Below the pieces are notes generated by a model. That model did not search any database. It saw only the letters and a list, made by a program, of their open reading frames with translations, and was not told the origin of the DNA. From contig CAZWMJ010000003.1 of NCBI GenBank assembly GCA_964635045.1, positions 12,011 through 76,010 of the forward strand: DNA of 64,000 bases, read 5' to 3'. A program made the translations under genes and the position numbers. This DNA comes from an uncultured Gammaproteobacteria bacterium. Its GTDB lineage: Bacteria; Patescibacteriota; Microgenomatia; Levybacterales; UBA12049. Below are positions 37,761 to 47,503 of the stretch, one piece after another (position 1 is the first letter of the stretch; the number at the start of each line of letters is the position of its first letter).

Positions 37761-38657
37761 TTAGGATAATGTTGAAAAATCTATTCTTATTCCAGGAGAC
37801 ATAGTACTTTTTAGTGTTACGCTTTTGATTTTCCCGTTGCCGATGGCTGATAGAACAGCTTGAATGTTGTCTGTCAACTGGTTATCCGTCATGGATAGTT
37901 TGCCCACCGATAGATGGATGATAGGAGCTGTTTCTGTTTTGAAGCGAAGCTGATTGCCTTTCGATAAGCTCAGGGCAAGTTTCCCCGGATCATTGGTGAT
38001 GGTGCCGTTTTTGGGATTGGGCATGAGCCCTCTGGGGCCCAAGATTTTGGCCACTTTGGCTAATTTCGCCATCATGTCCGGCGCGGCAAGGAGCACATCA
38101 AAATCAATCTTGTTTTTTTCAATTTTACCGATTAACTCATCCGTAGCAATCGCCACTCTAATTTGTTTGCCGGTGCCATGGGGAAGATTTACATTGCCGG
38201 AAAGACCTTTTTCTGTGGTATTAACATGCAGTTCAACCGTGCCGTCAATCCGCCAGCTGGCGGATACCTTCCTTAAAAGCTCAAGTGCTTCGGCGAGAGG
38301 ATAGCGTTTAGTTCGGTCAACTGCCACCAATGCCTGTTTGTAGCGGCGGCCTCGCTCACGGGGATGGGTATCACGAGGGGTACGGGTATCACGAGTATCA
38401 CGGGGAATTTCTCCCTGTGGTACCTGTGGTACTTTTTCACCCTGTGATACCTCTATTTTGGCCTGCCCGCCAGTTGCTTCGCCGTCAGGCGATGGCAGGC
38501 GGGCCAGCTCTTCCTCGCTTGGTCCGACAGCCACCACTCTCTCTCCGCCATGAGCGCCTTTGACCAATTTTTTAGCCTCTTTTCTTTTTTTATCCTCTTT
38601 TTTTTGTTCTTTCTCGGCTTCTTCAATGCCGAGAGTCTTAACACGAATTTTTCCCAT
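37761..38657 (-). CDS. rplA: 50S ribosomal protein L1 with multiple repeat-derived inserts
   Basis: LPHGTGK, LGPRGLMPNPKNGT and STMSPG motifs. Confidence 0.96.
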   Translation of the reverse strand: MGKIRVKTLGIEEAEKEQKKEDKKRKEAKKLVKGAHGGERVVAVGPSEEELARLPSPDGEATGGQAKIEVSQGEKVPQVPQGEIPRDTRDTRTPRDTHPRERGRRYKQALVAVDRTKRYPLAEALELLRKVSASWRIDGTVELHVNTTEKGLSGNVNLPHGTGKQIRVAIATDELIGKIEKNKIDFDVLLAAPDMMAKLAKVAKILGPRGLMPNPKNGTITNDPGKLALSLSKGNQLRFKTETAPIIHLSVGKLSMTDNQLTDNIQAVLSAIGNGKIKSVTLKSTMSPGIRIDFSTLS

Positions 38658-39079
38658 TACGCTACCTCCACTCCCATCGATCTGGCTACTCCGCCAACTA
38701 TTTTTGATGCAGCGTTAAGGTCATCGGTATTCAAATCTTCCATTTTGGCTTTGGCGATTTCCTCAACTTGAGCTTTGGTTAAACTTCCGACTGTTTCCTT
38801 GCCCGGCTTTTGGGCGCCCTTTTCTTTCATTAGCGCTTTTTTGATCATCTCGGCAACCGGAGGTTTTTTGGTGATGAAAGAAAAAGTGCGATCCACGTAA
38901 ACAGTGATGATTACCGGAATAATGGTGCCTTTGGCCTCCGCTGTTTTTTCGTTGAAAGCCTTGACAAATTCCATGATGGGCAATCCATGCTGTCCCAGAG
39001 CCGGACCAACCGGCGGCGCGGGAGTAGCCTCTCCAGCGGGGATGTTTAGTTTAATTAAAGTTTTAATTTTCTTAGCCAT
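38657..39079 (-). CDS. rplK: 50S ribosomal protein L11
   Basis: [15 protein letters not shown] and ARSMG. Confidence 0.98.
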   Translation of the reverse strand: MAKKIKTLIKLNIPAGEATPAPPVGPALGQHGLPIMEFVKAFNEKTAEAKGTIIPVIITVYVDRTFSFITKKPPVAEMIKKALMKEKGAQKPGKETVGSLTKAQVEEIAKAKMEDLNTDDLNAASKIVGGVARSMGVEVA

Positions 39080-39268
39080 AATACTTCTAGACGATAGAAG
39101 ATAGAAAATAGAGGGTAGTTTTTTGATGCTGGAAGGTTGAAGGTAGATTTCTTGTTATCTAACTTCCATCCTCTATATTCAAAATACTATCTTCTACCAT
39201 CTATCATCTACCGTCAAAGTTATCTATTGATTTTAGCATAAAAGGGGAAAGTTATGCAATGAGGATAG

Positions 39269-40390
39269 ATGTTAAGAGAAAAATTTATATTGCAGGAGTA
39301 TAATTGCGATATGAGAGAGCGTGAACATAGAAGGAGACGGGAGATAATTGGACTACCTCTTTCTTCCCGATACACATTTGGAAATTTTGTGGTAGGAGAC
39401 GGTAATCGTGAAGCATCCAGCGCAGCGTTGGAGGTGGCCAGACAGCCAGTCTTTGGCTATAATCCACTCGTTTTTTATGGTGGCGTAGGCATGGGTAAAA
39501 CTCATTTACTTGAGGCTATTGGTAATTACGTTTGCGATCAAGGCGGACAGGTCTTTTACGTAAATGCTGCACAGCCGGAAGCACTGATGGATTTAATTCA
39601 TCAAAGAAGGTCTGCTCATAAATCAATTCGTCAAGCGCGAGTGGTGCTTATTGATGAAGCGCAATTATTTCCAAAAGACAGAGTGATTCGACAAGGTTTG
39701 AGAACCCTAGTCAATAATTTGAATGAGCGACTTGTTCAGTTGGTTTTTGCGGCTGATCGGGGCTCGCAGTTTACAGTATCTTTAGAAAATCCTTCCGGAG
39801 ATCGTTTAAGAGAGAGCGGGGGATTAGTTGTCCGGATTAGACCGCCCGATTTATCAACGCGCATTACTATTTTAGAAAAGAAGGCAGATGAGAAACAGAT
39901 GAAGATCGCTCCGTCGCTTCCAGAAGTTTTTGATTATCTTGCCCGTCGATTTACCGGTAGTATTCGTGAGTTGGAAAGGGGATTAGAGCAAGTTGTAGTT
40001 TATGCGGCAACTCATAATGAGCTTCTTACTCTTGAGACGGCTGTAGCTGCCGTTGAGGAGTTTTTTCAACGATCAAGGCTCACGGCTGAAAGTATTTTGG
40101 CGGCAGTTGCAGAAAAGTATGGCATATCAAGAGAAGCTATGACCACTCATGGACGTGGTGATCCGCAAATTCTTCAAGCGCGTCATGTAGCAATGTATCT
40201 ATTAAGCATAGATACAGAACTCTCACTTGCGGAAATTGGTGAATTACTAGGCGGATTCGAATATTCCACAGTTATCAACGCTTGCGCAAGAATTAGGGAC
40301 GAGCTTGATGCCAATTCAACCTTGAGCAGATGGATTGGCGATATTCGTGGAACCCATGGAGTAAAACTAGATAAAAGTTTATCAGCGTAG
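39269..40390 (+). CDS. DnaA-like AAA+ protein (domains III-IV only)
   Basis: YTFGNFVVG, YNPLVFYGGVGMGKTHL, LIDEAQ, IRELE, ARHVAMYL...SLAEIG. Start may be the ATG at 39311. Confidence 0.85.
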   Translation: MLREKFILQEYNCDMREREHRRRREIIGLPLSSRYTFGNFVVGDGNREASSAALEVARQPVFGYNPLVFYGGVGMGKTHLLEAIGNYVCDQGGQVFYVNAAQPEALMDLIHQRRSAHKSIRQARVVLIDEAQLFPKDRVIRQGLRTLVNNLNERLVQLVFAADRGSQFTVSLENPSGDRLRESGGLVVRIRPPDLSTRITILEKKADEKQMKIAPSLPEVFDYLARRFTGSIRELERGLEQVVVYAATHNELLTLETAVAAVEEFFQRSRLTAESILAAVAEKYGISREAMTTHGRGDPQILQARHVAMYLLSIDTELSLAEIGELLGGFEYSTVINACARIRDELDANSTLSRWIGDIRGTHGVKLDKSLSA

Positions 40391-40394
40391 AAAA

Positions 40395-40673
40395 TTATGG
40401 CTTTGGTTTTATTTCTTGTTCAGATTTCAAAAGCATATGAGTGACGACACAAACTGTCCCTGCTGTCATAAAGATTCCATAAGCCGCATAGAAGTCTCCT
40501 GTAGGTCCATTCAACATTCTTTCCTGCATTTTCACTAAGGAAGCAATAGCTGTACCATCTACGGCAGCTCTTGTTACGGTTTCCTTCCAAGAAGAGTTTT
40601 TGGGGACTACTAAATCCCAGCCTTTTAAAATCGCAGCACTAGTTCTAGTAAATGCTGGTTTTAATCTTTCCAT
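40395..40673 (-). CDS. hypothetical membrane protein
   Basis: 92-aa ORF directly after nusG. Confidence 0.45.
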   Translation of the reverse strand: MERLKPAFTRTSAAILKGWDLVVPKNSSWKETVTRAAVDGTAIASLVKMQERMLNGPTGDFYAAYGIFMTAGTVCVVTHMLLKSEQEIKPKP

Positions 40674-40688
40674 AAGTTTTCTAAGTTT

Positions 40689-41279
40689 CTACAGTTTGCT
40701 GACTTGGAGGAAGTCGAGCTCAACCGGGGTTTCGCGGCCGAAGATGGAAACCAGCACTTTGAGTTTGCCTTTTTTGTCATCGATTTCACTGATGGTTCCC
40801 AAAAAATCGGCAAAGGGGCCGTCCACAATTTTTACCGCTTCATTGACGGAGAAAGCGGTTTTGTAGAGCGGCTCTTCCACTTTCATAAATTTTTGGATTG
40901 CCTCCACTTCTTTATCGGAGATGGGAGTTGGTTTGTTGCCTACACCCACGAAAGCGGTTACTCCCTGGGTGGTTCGAACCAACAGCCATGTTTCATCATC
41001 CAAAATCATTTTTACCAACACGTAGCCGGGGAAAATTTTTTCTTTGACCGTGTCTTTTTTTCCCTGCGAAACTTTAATAGTATTTCTGGTGGGAACGATG
41101 ATGTCAAAGATTCTCTCGGTAAAGCCCAAGGTTTGTATTCTCTGCCATAGCTGTTTGGCAACTTTATCTTCGTGTCCCGAATAGGTATGCACGATATACC
41201 ATCGGCCGTCATTGGGTTTGGCATCTGCTTTCGCTGTTTCTTCTTTTGTTTGTTCAACCGGTATTATTTGTTTGTCCAT
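40689..41279 (-). CDS. nusG: transcription factor NusG
   Basis: [22 protein letters not shown] and FGRETPVEL motifs. Confidence 0.98.
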   Translation of the reverse strand: MDKQIIPVEQTKEETAKADAKPNDGRWYIVHTYSGHEDKVAKQLWQRIQTLGFTERIFDIIVPTRNTIKVSQGKKDTVKEKIFPGYVLVKMILDDETWLLVRTTQGVTAFVGVGNKPTPISDKEVEAIQKFMKVEEPLYKTAFSVNEAVKIVDGPFADFLGTISEIDDKKGKLKVLVSIFGRETPVELDFLQVSKL

Positions 41280-41284
41280 ATTAT

Positions 41285-41470
41285 TTATTTTACTATTAAT
41301 TCCATTAATTTGGTAAAGATAAAATCAGCTCCCCCTAAAAAAAGACCAACTATCAAACTTGTCAAAATAACTACAATAGTCAGCCGTGTCACCTCGGCCC
41401 GTGTCGGCCAGGAAACCTTTTTCAGTTCATCCTGAGTTTCTTTTAAAAAAACAATTGGATTTTTTACCAC
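41285..41470 (-). CDS. secE: preprotein translocase SecE
   Basis: ELKKVSWPT plus one TM, upstream of nusG. Confidence 0.95.
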   Translation of the reverse strand: MVKNPIVFLKETQDELKKVSWPTRAEVTRLTIVVILTSLIVGLFLGGADFIFTKLMELIVK

Positions 41471-41562
41471 TGCGGGTTATTGTATCAAAGATGCAACGAG
41501 TTGTAAATACTTGCAATAACATGTTACAATAAAACTAACCACGTCAAACGTGGCAAGCTCTT

Positions 41563-42435
41563 ATGAAGATAAGAAAAGCTGTAATTCCCGCCGCTGGATT
41601 TGGAACGAGGTTTCTTCCCCAAACCAAGGCTATGCCCAAAGAGATGCTGCCGATTGTGGACAAGCCTGTTATTCAATATGTGGTGGAGGAGGTAGTTGAT
41701 GCCGGCGTGGAGGATGTAATTATAGTTACAGGGGCGAACAAACGGGCGATTGAAGATCATTTTGACACTCCGGCCGCCGAGCTTTCTTCGTGGTTGGAAG
41801 TGGGAGGCAAAGAAAAGGCGCTTTCGGAAATAAAAAGAATTTCCGAGATGGCCAATTTTATCTATATTCGTCAAAAAGGTCCTTACGGCAATGCCACCCC
41901 CATTAGAAGCGTTAAGCATCTGGTTAACGGAGAGCCCTTTTTAGCTTTTTGGGGAGATGAGTTTACCAAAGCAGATCCTTCCCGGGCAAAACAAATGATT
42001 AAAGCTTATGAAAAATATAATGGAGCGGTTTTGGGCGGAATGAAGCTGTCGCGGCCGGAAGATTTCAAGCGTTATGGATATGTCAAGGGAAAAGAAATTG
42101 AGCCGGGAGTGTGGATTGTAGATGGTCTGGTGGAAAAACCCGGCAAGAACAGCGCCCCCTCGGATCTGGCAATTGTGGCCAATTATCTGCTGACGCCCGA
42201 TATTTTCCCGGTACTTGAGGATCAAAAGCCGGGGACGGGAGGAGAATATTATTTGCCGGAGGCGATAGATACGCTGGCCCGGGAAAAACCGGTTTATGCT
42301 CTGGAGATAAAAAACGCCAAATATTTTGATACGGGAAATAAGCTGGAATATATGCGAACAGTGGTGGAGTTTGCTCTGGAACATCCGGAAGTCAACGGAG
42401 AATTCCGTCAGTTCCTCAAGGGGTTGAAGTTGTAA
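41563..42435 (+). CDS. galU: UTP-glucose-1-phosphate uridylyltransferase
   Basis: KAVIPAAGFGTRFLP, PKEMLP and VEKP motifs. Confidence 0.93.
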   Translation: MKIRKAVIPAAGFGTRFLPQTKAMPKEMLPIVDKPVIQYVVEEVVDAGVEDVIIVTGANKRAIEDHFDTPAAELSSWLEVGGKEKALSEIKRISEMANFIYIRQKGPYGNATPIRSVKHLVNGEPFLAFWGDEFTKADPSRAKQMIKAYEKYNGAVLGGMKLSRPEDFKRYGYVKGKEIEPGVWIVDGLVEKPGKNSAPSDLAIVANYLLTPDIFPVLEDQKPGTGGEYYLPEAIDTLAREKPVYALEIKNAKYFDTGNKLEYMRTVVEFALEHPEVNGEFRQFLKGLKL

Positions 42436-42467
42436 ATAGATTCTTTTTTTGATAAAATAGGGTACTT

Positions 42468-42842
42468 ATGGATAGGAGAGAAAGAGATTATGGTGGAAGA
42501 CCTCGTTCAATACTCCCAGTAAGTAGAATAGTTGATAAAGCTATACCGACAGTAGATCGCGTGATAGGTTTTTTTGACCGGATTCGTCACCCAAACGGAG
42601 CAGTCAACCCCCATGCATCTGCAATAGAAGAGGTGATGAGAGCGGCAAAAAGAGATAATATGGATGTGCTTTTAAGACCGACCGGTCAGCATCTGGAAGT
42701 TGTTGTTGGCAGATTTGTCAGTGAACATGAGCGGATTGTTAAAGTTGGAGCTGGCGTTGTTTTGACTGCCGGTTTAGTGGCAGGAGCGGCAGGATTTTGG
42801 CTTCGCAGACATCGTCGTGAGCCCCCAAAACCAAAAAAATAA
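42468..42842 (+). CDS. hypothetical protein with C-terminal TM
   Basis: 124-aa ORF with TGATAAAAT 9 nt upstream. Confidence 0.5.
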   Translation: MDRRERDYGGRPRSILPVSRIVDKAIPTVDRVIGFFDRIRHPNGAVNPHASAIEEVMRAAKRDNMDVLLRPTGQHLEVVVGRFVSEHERIVKVGAGVVLTAGLVAGAAGFWLRRHRREPPKPKK

Positions 42843-42871
42843 TAGTAAAATTTGCTATACTATAATTTATC

Positions 42872-43507
42872 ATGACAAAACGATTATCGATTTTCTTTCT
42901 GGGAGTTTTTCTTTTTGCTTCTTTTGTCGCTTTTTCCTATTTTGTTCATAAAGACCTTTTCACCCAATTTGATTTTGATACTACGGTCAAAATTCAGGAT
43001 CACGTTTCGGATAGACTCAGTAGTTTTTTTTCCTACTTTAGTTTAATGGGAAGCGCTGAAGTGATAACAGCCGTTTTGATTGTTGTGGTTTTTTTCCCCC
43101 GTCAGATCCTGCGGAAATTATTTATGCTGCCGGCCTATGTTTTAGTTTTCTTTTTCGGTATTTATGGCAAGACTTTTGTTGAACACAAAGGCCCGCCGTT
43201 TTTGTTTTATCATTACAAGCTAAACTTTCTTTTCCCCACCAGCTATGTGCAGACAGCCAATTCTTATCCTTCCGGACATTCGGCCAGAACCATATTTTTA
43301 AGCGTAATTCTCATCGCGCTTTTGCTAAAAGATGGGAAGTTCACGCCGCTGAAGATATTTTTAGTACTGTTTATTTTATCTTTTGATTTGATCATGCTGG
43401 TTTCCCGAGTGTATCTGGGCGAGCATTGGACAACGGATGTCGTTGGGGGAGCGCTTCTGGGAGCCAGTCTGGGGCTTTTAGCAACTTATGTTATTATAGA
43501 TGGGTGA
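42872..43507 (+). CDS. PAP2 family phosphatase
   Basis: SYPSGH and SRVYLGEHW motifs. Confidence 0.88.
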   Translation: MTKRLSIFFLGVFLFASFVAFSYFVHKDLFTQFDFDTTVKIQDHVSDRLSSFFSYFSLMGSAEVITAVLIVVVFFPRQILRKLFMLPAYVLVFFFGIYGKTFVEHKGPPFLFYHYKLNFLFPTSYVQTANSYPSGHSARTIFLSVILIALLLKDGKFTPLKIFLVLFILSFDLIMLVSRVYLGEHWTTDVVGGALLGASLGLLATYVIIDG

Positions 43508-44868
43508 AGTGGTTGGTTTTTATCCTATTTTTATTATTTACCATATCTTCAACGCTTGTTTCTCTCAACCGCTTTTGGCAGTACGAGGTGTTTTATTATG
43601 ATTTTGGTATTTTTGACAGAGCCATTTGGCAGGCGGCGCACTTTCAGGCTCCCATTATCGATCATTTGGTGGTGGGAGGAAAATGGATTTTTGCCGATCA
43701 TTTCAATCCCAGCATCTTTATTTTTTCTCCTCTTTACTGGTTGACCAACAGAAGCGAGATTTTGTTGATTGCTCAGGCGGTGGTGGTGGGACTGTCCGGA
43801 CTGGTGATTTATCAAATAGGAAAAATCGTTACCAAACACTCATTTTTTTCTTTGGGCGTGGTAGTTTGTTACTATCTTTTTATCGGTCTGCAAAACGCGG
43901 TGATTTCCGATTTCCACGAAACTACGCTGACCACTCTTTTTATAACTCTTGCTTATTATTTTTTTCTGAAAAACAGAAAGATTTGGTTTCTGATGTTTTT
44001 TATTTTGATACTTGGTTTTAAGGAAAGCAATTTTTTGCTGGGGATGGGGATGGCGGTAAGTATAGCTCTATTAAATAAAACTTGGCGCAAGTTTTCGTTT
44101 CACTTAATAATTCTCTCAATTATTTGGGGGATAGTGGCGATTAAACTGTTGATTCCTTATTTTTCCGGAGGGATATTTCAGTATGAGGTGGTGTTTTCCT
44201 GGGATAAGTTAAATATTATAGCCGATCTATTTGATAGTGAGATGAAAAGGTCGGTCGTTTTTGACAGCCTATTTGCTTTTGGCTTGTTACCGATTGTCAA
44301 TCCGGCATTTTGGTTTGTGATAATTCAGGATTTTCTGGTGAGATTTCTTTCAGGCAGAGTCAGTCTTGGTCTTCACTACAGCGCCATGTTGGGCTCTATT
44401 ATGGCGATTGCCTCCATTTATAGTTTTTCTCTCATCATAAAAGTTAGAGATATCAGAAGACATTTTTATTTGGTACCTATTATTTTGATTCTAACTTCTT
44501 TTTTTCTTTATCGCTTCGTCATGCACGGACCGCTGGCTCTTTCTTATCATCCTCAGTTTTACAGCCACACCGGCGATTTTAAATTTTTGGATAGTCTTCT
44601 TTCCAAAATTCCCAAAAATGCCACAGTGATGACTCAAAACAATCTGGCCTCTCACCTGACTCATCAAAAAAAGATATGGGTGTTAAAAGATAATTATGAA
44701 GTTTATAAAGCAGATTATATTATTATGGATTTGCGAAGTGGTCAGAGCGCCAATAATTTTTTCCCCACCAAAAATCCGAAGGAAATCTTAAAAAAACTGA
44801 TAGCCGATCCCGATTATTCTTCGATGTTTAACAACAAAAATCAATACATCTTCCAAAGAAAACCATAA
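43504..44868 (+). CDS. DUF2079-like (GT-C fold) membrane protein
   Basis: YDFGIF, DHFNP, DFHE, KE and HY motifs. GTG start overlaps the PAP2 stop. Confidence 0.75.
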   Translation: MKWLVFILFLLFTISSTLVSLNRFWQYEVFYYDFGIFDRAIWQAAHFQAPIIDHLVVGGKWIFADHFNPSIFIFSPLYWLTNRSEILLIAQAVVVGLSGLVIYQIGKIVTKHSFFSLGVVVCYYLFIGLQNAVISDFHETTLTTLFITLAYYFFLKNRKIWFLMFFILILGFKESNFLLGMGMAVSIALLNKTWRKFSFHLIILSIIWGIVAIKLLIPYFSGGIFQYEVVFSWDKLNIIADLFDSEMKRSVVFDSLFAFGLLPIVNPAFWFVIIQDFLVRFLSGRVSLGLHYSAMLGSIMAIASIYSFSLIIKVRDIRRHFYLVPIILILTSFFLYRFVMHGPLALSYHPQFYSHTGDFKFLDSLLSKIPKNATVMTQNNLASHLTHQKKIWVLKDNYEVYKADYIIMDLRSGQSANNFFPTKNPKEILKKLIADPDYSSMFNNKNQYIFQRKP

Positions 44869-44906
44869 TTTTTTCCCCAAGTTTTGATAGAATAGGGGAA
44901 AATCTT

Positions 44907-47474
44907 ATGGCTAATTGGGAAAGAGGCCCGTTTGGTCTTAGAACAACACAAGAGGGGTTGCCTATTGCGCAGCAGAGAGTAGAGATAAGAGAGGCGATTC
45001 TGCGCAGTCATACTATTATTGTGGTTGGTGAGACTGGTTCAGGCAAAACAACACAAATTCCTCTCATGTTTCTTGATGCACTTTCTCCCAGAGCAAAAAT
45101 CGCCATTACAGAGCCAAGACGTCTTGCAGCAACTTCGGTGGCACGGTTTGTAGCTGGACAAAGAGGTTCAAGATTAGGTGGGGAGGTGGGTTATCAGGTT
45201 CGTTTTGACGATCAGACTGGTCTTGGTACCAGACTTAATTTTTATACAGATGGTTTATTACTAAGAAAAATACAAGCCGATCCACAACTTTTAGAATTCG
45301 ACGCTGTGATGGTAGATGAAGCACACGAGAGAAATTTGGATACTGATTTCTTGTTAGGACTTTTGAAAAGCATTCAGCGCAGACGAAAGGAAGGAGCAAG
45401 AGAGTTAAAAATCGCGGTGGCCTCCGCCACCATGGAAGAAAGTAAGTTCGCCGCCTTTTTGGATGATGCTCCCATTATCCGTATTCCGGGAAGACAATAT
45501 CCGGTTGCCATTCATTATGAAGCGCCAGGATTTGATTACGTCTCCACAGCCACCCAAAGAGCAATAGCCATTGTTCAGAGTGGAGATGATGGAAATATTC
45601 TCATTTTTATGCCCGGTGTGGAGGAAATAAATAGGACTATAAGAGTATTACGGCAACATGGAGTATATGGATCAATTATTTTGCCGCTCCATGGACAGCT
45701 AACGGCTGAAGAGCAAGATAGGGTTTTTGAAGATGGATCCCAGCGAAAAATTATTGTGACCACCAATATTGCTGAAACTTCGGTCACTATCCCTAATGTC
45801 CGATTTGTGATTGATGCTGGATTTATTCGACAGATTGAGTTTAATCCAGAGACAGGCATAGAAGCTTTAGTCACGGTACCACATGCTCAAAGCGGAGCTA
45901 TTCAGCGAGCAGGCAGGGCAGGAAGAACGGCCCCGGGGGAATGTTATCGTCTTTATTCGGAGCAAAATTATCAGCAAAGACCACCCTTCCAACGGCCGGA
46001 AATACAACGGGTGAATTTGGGACGGGTAGTGCTTTTGATGAAAAAATTAGGCATCAACGATATTGAGAAGTTTGAATTTGTCGATCAACCACCAAAAGAA
46101 TTATTAACACAAGCTATTGAAACATTACAATTCCTCGGTGCTTTGGATGATGAGGGTAATTTAACGCAGGTAGGCAGTCTTATGGCTGAGTTTCCGCTGG
46201 AACCGCATGCTTCACGAACTGTGGTGGAAGCCATCAAAAAATCCTGTATAGATGAGGTTTGTACAATCATGGCCTTTAATGGTTTGCGATCGGTTTTTGC
46301 AGTTCCTTTTGGCCAAAAGGAGCAAGCGGAGCAAGCGCATCGCCGGTTTAGAGTAGATGGTTCCGACTTTTTAACACTTCTTCGTGTTTGGAAATTGTTT
46401 GTTGAGCAAAAGATGGATGAAGGGTGGGCGCATGATAATTTTCTTAATTATTCCACTTTAAGAGAAGCAGGAAATATTCGCTTACAGCTTCTGGCCATTC
46501 TGGGGAGATTTGGTATAAAACCGAACAGAGAGGCTGCTCCCGAGGCAATTGCCAAGTCGATTATTGCCGGTCATGCCGATAATTTATTGGTTGCCACCAA
46601 AAGCCGTTCTTATAAAGATAGCTATAAACTGATTCGAGGGGGCAGTACTGTTTTTATCCATCCATCATCGGTTTTATTTGGTAGCAATGCTACCTTTGCT
46701 GTGGCCTCGCAAATTGTTAGAATTGATAATGGTGTTCGGGCTCATCTTTGTCAAGTTGTTGAACCTGGCTGGATTTCTGAGGTGGCTTCGCAACTTCTCA
46801 TCAAAGAACAAAAACCTCAACTTCATTATTCTAAAACAGGAGAAGTGGTGGAGAGAGTTCCTGTTTGTCTAAAAGGTGACCCTGATCACCCCATTTCTTT
46901 TTTTGAAAAACCAGCTGTTAGTCCTTTAGCAGCCAGAGTATTTGCCAATGCGCTGGCTCAAGGGATTGTTTCTTTACCAGAGGAGATAATAAGACATAAT
47001 AAAGGCGTAATGGAACGAGCGAGGGATTTTTGGATACGTTCAGCCGGCAGGATACCAAGAGATTTTGATCCAGCCAAAGTCTTTACAGCCAAAGAGTTGA
47101 CAGCAGTATTTGTTGGAAGAATTGGAAATATCACTTCCAGACTGGCTCTTCTTAAGGCAATGAAAGAGGGGAGAGTGGATATCCGACTTCAGATGGAAGA
47201 TTATATCCCTTCCGATTTACAGGAAGAAATAGTTTCAGGTAATCCTGATACAATTACTATTGGAGGTAGAACATATTCAATTGGATACACACGTAAGGGA
47301 AGATTTTCCGCTCATATCGTCGTTGGACTTGAAGATTTACCTTTATTGCCGGATGACCTTGCTCTTCCTAATGGCCGTCAAGTATATGTTAGCGTGCGGA
47401 TTGAGAATGAACAATCAGGAAGACCTCTTTCCGTAAGCCAAGCAAAAGAAAAACACACCCCCAATTTGCTATAG
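44907..47474 (+). CDS. DEAH-box RNA helicase, HrpA-like
   Basis: GETGSGKTTQ, PRR, DEAHER, SAT, TNIAETS and QRAGRAGR motifs. Confidence 0.93.
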   Translation: MANWERGPFGLRTTQEGLPIAQQRVEIREAILRSHTIIVVGETGSGKTTQIPLMFLDALSPRAKIAITEPRRLAATSVARFVAGQRGSRLGGEVGYQVRFDDQTGLGTRLNFYTDGLLLRKIQADPQLLEFDAVMVDEAHERNLDTDFLLGLLKSIQRRRKEGARELKIAVASATMEESKFAAFLDDAPIIRIPGRQYPVAIHYEAPGFDYVSTATQRAIAIVQSGDDGNILIFMPGVEEINRTIRVLRQHGVYGSIILPLHGQLTAEEQDRVFEDGSQRKIIVTTNIAETSVTIPNVRFVIDAGFIRQIEFNPETGIEALVTVPHAQSGAIQRAGRAGRTAPGECYRLYSEQNYQQRPPFQRPEIQRVNLGRVVLLMKKLGINDIEKFEFVDQPPKELLTQAIETLQFLGALDDEGNLTQVGSLMAEFPLEPHASRTVVEAIKKSCIDEVCTIMAFNGLRSVFAVPFGQKEQAEQAHRRFRVDGSDFLTLLRVWKLFVEQKMDEGWAHDNFLNYSTLREAGNIRLQLLAILGRFGIKPNREAAPEAIAKSIIAGHADNLLVATKSRSYKDSYKLIRGGSTVFIHPSSVLFGSNATFAVASQIVRIDNGVRAHLCQVVEPGWISEVASQLLIKEQKPQLHYSKTGEVVERVPVCLKGDPDHPISFFEKPAVSPLAARVFANALAQGIVSLPEEIIRHNKGVMERARDFWIRSAGRIPRDFDPAKVFTAKELTAVFVGRIGNITSRLALLKAMKEGRVDIRLQMEDYIPSDLQEEIVSGNPDTITIGGRTYSIGYTRKGRFSAHIVVGLEDLPLLPDDLALPNGRQVYVSVRIENEQSGRPLSVSQAKEKHTPNLL

Positions 47475-47503
47475 GCCTTAATTTTTGATATACTTAACGC
47501 CTC

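Noticed and set aside
39080-40400. Replication origin at the DnaA-like gene
   Set aside because: No cluster of TTATCCACA boxes was seen, there are no dnaN/rpmH neighbours, and the protein lacks domains I-II
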